Notes under the pieces: generated by a model
The model's database searches: none
What the model was told of the DNA's origin: nothing
What the model saw: only the letters and a program-made list of their open reading frames with translations
Shown: positions 62,256-64,000 of the stretch, one piece after another
How the letters are laid out: each line of letters opens with the position of its first letter
Numbering within the stretch: position 1 is the stretch's first letter
Position numbers and translations under genes: made by a program
NCBI GenBank assembly: GCA_025358765.1
Contig: JANYIG010000093.1
Span: forward strand, 65,355 to 129,354
Length of the DNA: 64,000 nt
Source: Candidatus Kapaibacterium sp.
GTDB lineage: Bacteria; Bacteroidota; Ignavibacteria; Kapaibacteriales; UBA4661
Direction of reading: 5' to 3'

Positions 62256-64000
62256 TCACAGCGCAGTGCTAATGCCGATTCGCACACCATCGGTGCCGAT
62301 AAGCCAATCTTGAAACGGCTGTTTGGAAATAAGCGGCACGAACACACTTACCGAGACTTCGTGCGGGAACATCCATAACAAACGGCTGTCCGTAAGAATA
62401 TCGCTCAAATTCAGTGAGAGCGCCACGCCGGAATCAAAATGTGCGTAGCTGCTTAACGGGGCATTGTTGTCGGGTATTTCCGTGAATGCGAGTGCGCCGG
62501 AAATGTACGCGCTCGGCTTGAGTGCGTTGAGTACGGGAATATTTATGCCAAGGGCTTTGAATGTGGTTTTGTTGCCGAAAAATATATTTGCCGCGAAGAT
62601 GGAGCGCATCAAATCTGGCACGGCACGGACAAAACCACCGCCACCGAGCATCAACGCGCGCAGCGATGAATTTTCGACAGGTAAAAATCGTGCAAACCTT
62701 GCGGGAACATTCTCGAAGCGGTCAATCGCCGAGCCGGTTTGCAGCGTATAACGTGCTGCAAGCGGCACAATACCCGCCAAAGAGCTGAAAAAGCCACGTA
62801 TTTTCAGGTTTGCATATGGACTTTCCATCAGATTTTGCTGTGCTTGTAATATTGCCTGAAAACCAAATGTATTGCTGCCTGTACCGTAAAACGACGCATC
62901 AACGCCTGTAGAGCCGCTTTGCCACTTACGTTCAGAAGTGAGTCCGAAACGGAAAAACGATTCTGCCGATGGAAAATATCCTTCCGGGAAATATGAACGG
63001 TCGCGGAATTGCCAGCTTTCGAGAATAACCGAGGCGAGAAGTTGTTCAGTGACCGCATAACGAACGGGTCGGAAGTCTGTTGTCATGCGCCCGCCAAAGT
63101 ACATCACGTTATCCATGTCGCTCACTCGCACCGTAGTCGTCACAAGCTGACCGCCCATGCCTATAAACATGGTCGAACCAAGCTGCCAGCCGATGGCGCG
63201 TGTGCCAGTATTGGCAGCATTCGTGTTGTAATACACACCTAGCATGATCTGAGGCGAATGCCAATCCGCAGCAGCATCGGCACGGATGCCCACTTGATAG
63301 CCGCCAAGCGTGTTGTACCAAAGCGATGGACGCAGTGACACGCCATAATAATCAAGCGGTGTGGCTTGGTCGAAGCGCGTCCAAAACCCGACTTTGAGGT
63401 CAGGCACCCTGCTGAAAAACCCTTGTCGGATTACCTGATTTGGTAAGTTCACGCGAAGCAGATTTCCTGCGGTGTCCAAACGAACGCTCTGAATCTCATG
63501 GTCAGCAAGAAAACTTGCCCTATAATATTTGTCGGTCCAAAACCAAATAGGAAGACTGTTTGTTGTTGGCTTCGTCGCGTCTGGAGCGTAGGCGCTGGAC
63601 TGCGGGATGTCGCTTGGAATACGAAAGTTTTGTGTGATGCCCGCATAGTCCGTAGCGAAAAGGTTCAGCGGCACGTGGGCGCGTTCACCTTTGGCGATAT
63701 CCACTATCGTGCGCCATTTCCCGCCTTCCGGCGTGGACGTAAGCTGTCGGAGCGAATAATCTGGCAATTCCGTGCCATAAAGCATCGTGTCGAACACCTC
63801 GTCCATGCGCTGCCCAAACACGTCTTCACAGACTCTCTCGAAATCTACGGGATAGGGGTGACGGTATTTCCATCGGTCAAGATACAGCCGCAGAGCCGCA
63901 TCCACCTTTTCTTTGCCAAACGAATATTCAAATTGTCGTAGCCACGACGAACCTTTTTTATATACCATCACTGCCGTCATGTCCTCGTTATAGCGGTCGT
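62256..64000 (-). CDS. Partial CDS with its N-terminus outside the window. The M1-peptidase-like post-catalytic helical region (VMVYKKGSSWLRQFEYSFGKEKVDAALRLYLDRWKYRHPYPVDFERV) is followed by a C-terminal about 350-aa beta-rich domain.
   Basis: The frame is open from 63980 to the window edge, with no stop. The resemblance to the region downstream of HEXXH...E in M1 aminopeptidases is from memory. Confidence 0.45.
   Translation of the reverse strand, partial: DRYNEDMTAVMVYKKGSSWLRQFEYSFGKEKVDAALRLYLDRWKYRHPYPVDFERVCEDVFGQRMDEVFDTMLYGTELPDYSLRQLTSTPEGGKWRTIVDIAKGERAHVPLNLFATDYAGITQNFRIPSDIPQSSAYAPDATKPTTNSLPIWFWTDKYYRASFLADHEIQSVRLDTAGNLLRVNLPNQVIRQGFFSRVPDLKVGFWTRFDQATPLDYYGVSLRPSLWYNTLGGYQVGIRADAAADWHSPQIMLGVYYNTNAANTGTRAIGWQLGSTMFIGMGGQLVTTTVRVSDMDNVMYFGGRMTTDFRPVRYAVTEQLLASVILESWQFRDRSYFPEGYFPSAESFFRFGLTSERKWQSGSTGVDASFYGTGSNTFGFQAILQAQQNLMESPYANLKIRGFFSSLAGIVPLAARYTLQTGSAIDRFENVPARFARFLPVENSSLRALMLGGGGFVRAVPDLMRSIFAANIFFGNKTTFKALGINIPVLNALKPSAYISGALAFTEIPDNNAPLSSYAHFDSGVALSLNLSDILTDSRLLWMFPHEVSVSVFVPLISKQPFQDWLIGTDGVRIGISTAL

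Noticed and set aside
1-64000. Search for CRISPR arrays, tRNA/rRNA genes, integrases and prophage modules
   Set aside because: No regularly spaced direct repeats were found. No cloverleaf-compatible intergenic sequence or rRNA-like stretch was recognised. No integrase, transposase or phage structural motifs were seen. The intergenic repeats found are dispersed and non-periodic.

Overview
This 64-kb window is a mostly chromosomal housekeeping region. Gene content points to a member of the Fibrobacteres-Chlorobi-Bacteroidetes (FCB) group, but the lineage cannot be resolved from sequence alone. The evidence is SusC/SusD-like outer-membrane pairs, several proteins with T9SS-type C-terminal sorting domains, OmpA/TolB-like outer-membrane proteins, Shine-Dalgarno sequences, and about 50% GC. 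About 40 CDS were recognised. They include an unusually dense set of tRNA/rRNA-maturation genes (trmD-rimM, queC, dus, tilS, miaB, truA) and a conserved tilS-hpt-ftsH block. Others are uvrA, speA, fur, a polyprenyl synthetase, a PAS histidine kinase with a DUF4154 partner, ggt, a fadD-like ligase, an M16 peptidase and a SusC/SusD locus. No rRNA, tRNA or CRISPR array was found. Several accessory or unusual items stand out. (1) A 121-bp hairpin-forming miniature inverted-repeat element is present in two near-identical copies, each flanked by an 11-13 bp direct duplication, and a third diverged copy is also present. (2) A second dispersed family of intergenic repeats is built on GCGCAGAG motifs, with a long (253 bp) and a short (147 bp) version sharing GTACCGAACG termini. 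(3) A single-gene low-GC island (about 33% versus about 50% GC) encodes a 157-aa PD-(D/E)XK (Hjc/YraN-like) nuclease-fold protein between dedA and miaB. This is the best candidate for a horizontally acquired, possibly defence- or toxin-related, uncharacterised gene. (4) A stand-alone SF2 DExH helicase with a 180-aa uncharacterised C-terminal domain sits immediately upstream of one MITE copy and a HAD hydrolase. (5) TilS carries an in-frame 312-aa N-terminal extension that is basic and Arg/Ser/Gly-rich. Together with an RG-rich tandem-repeat ORF at the window start, this suggests lineage-specific RGG-type RNA-binding tails. None of these can be assigned with confidence to a known defence or mobile system from sequence alone.
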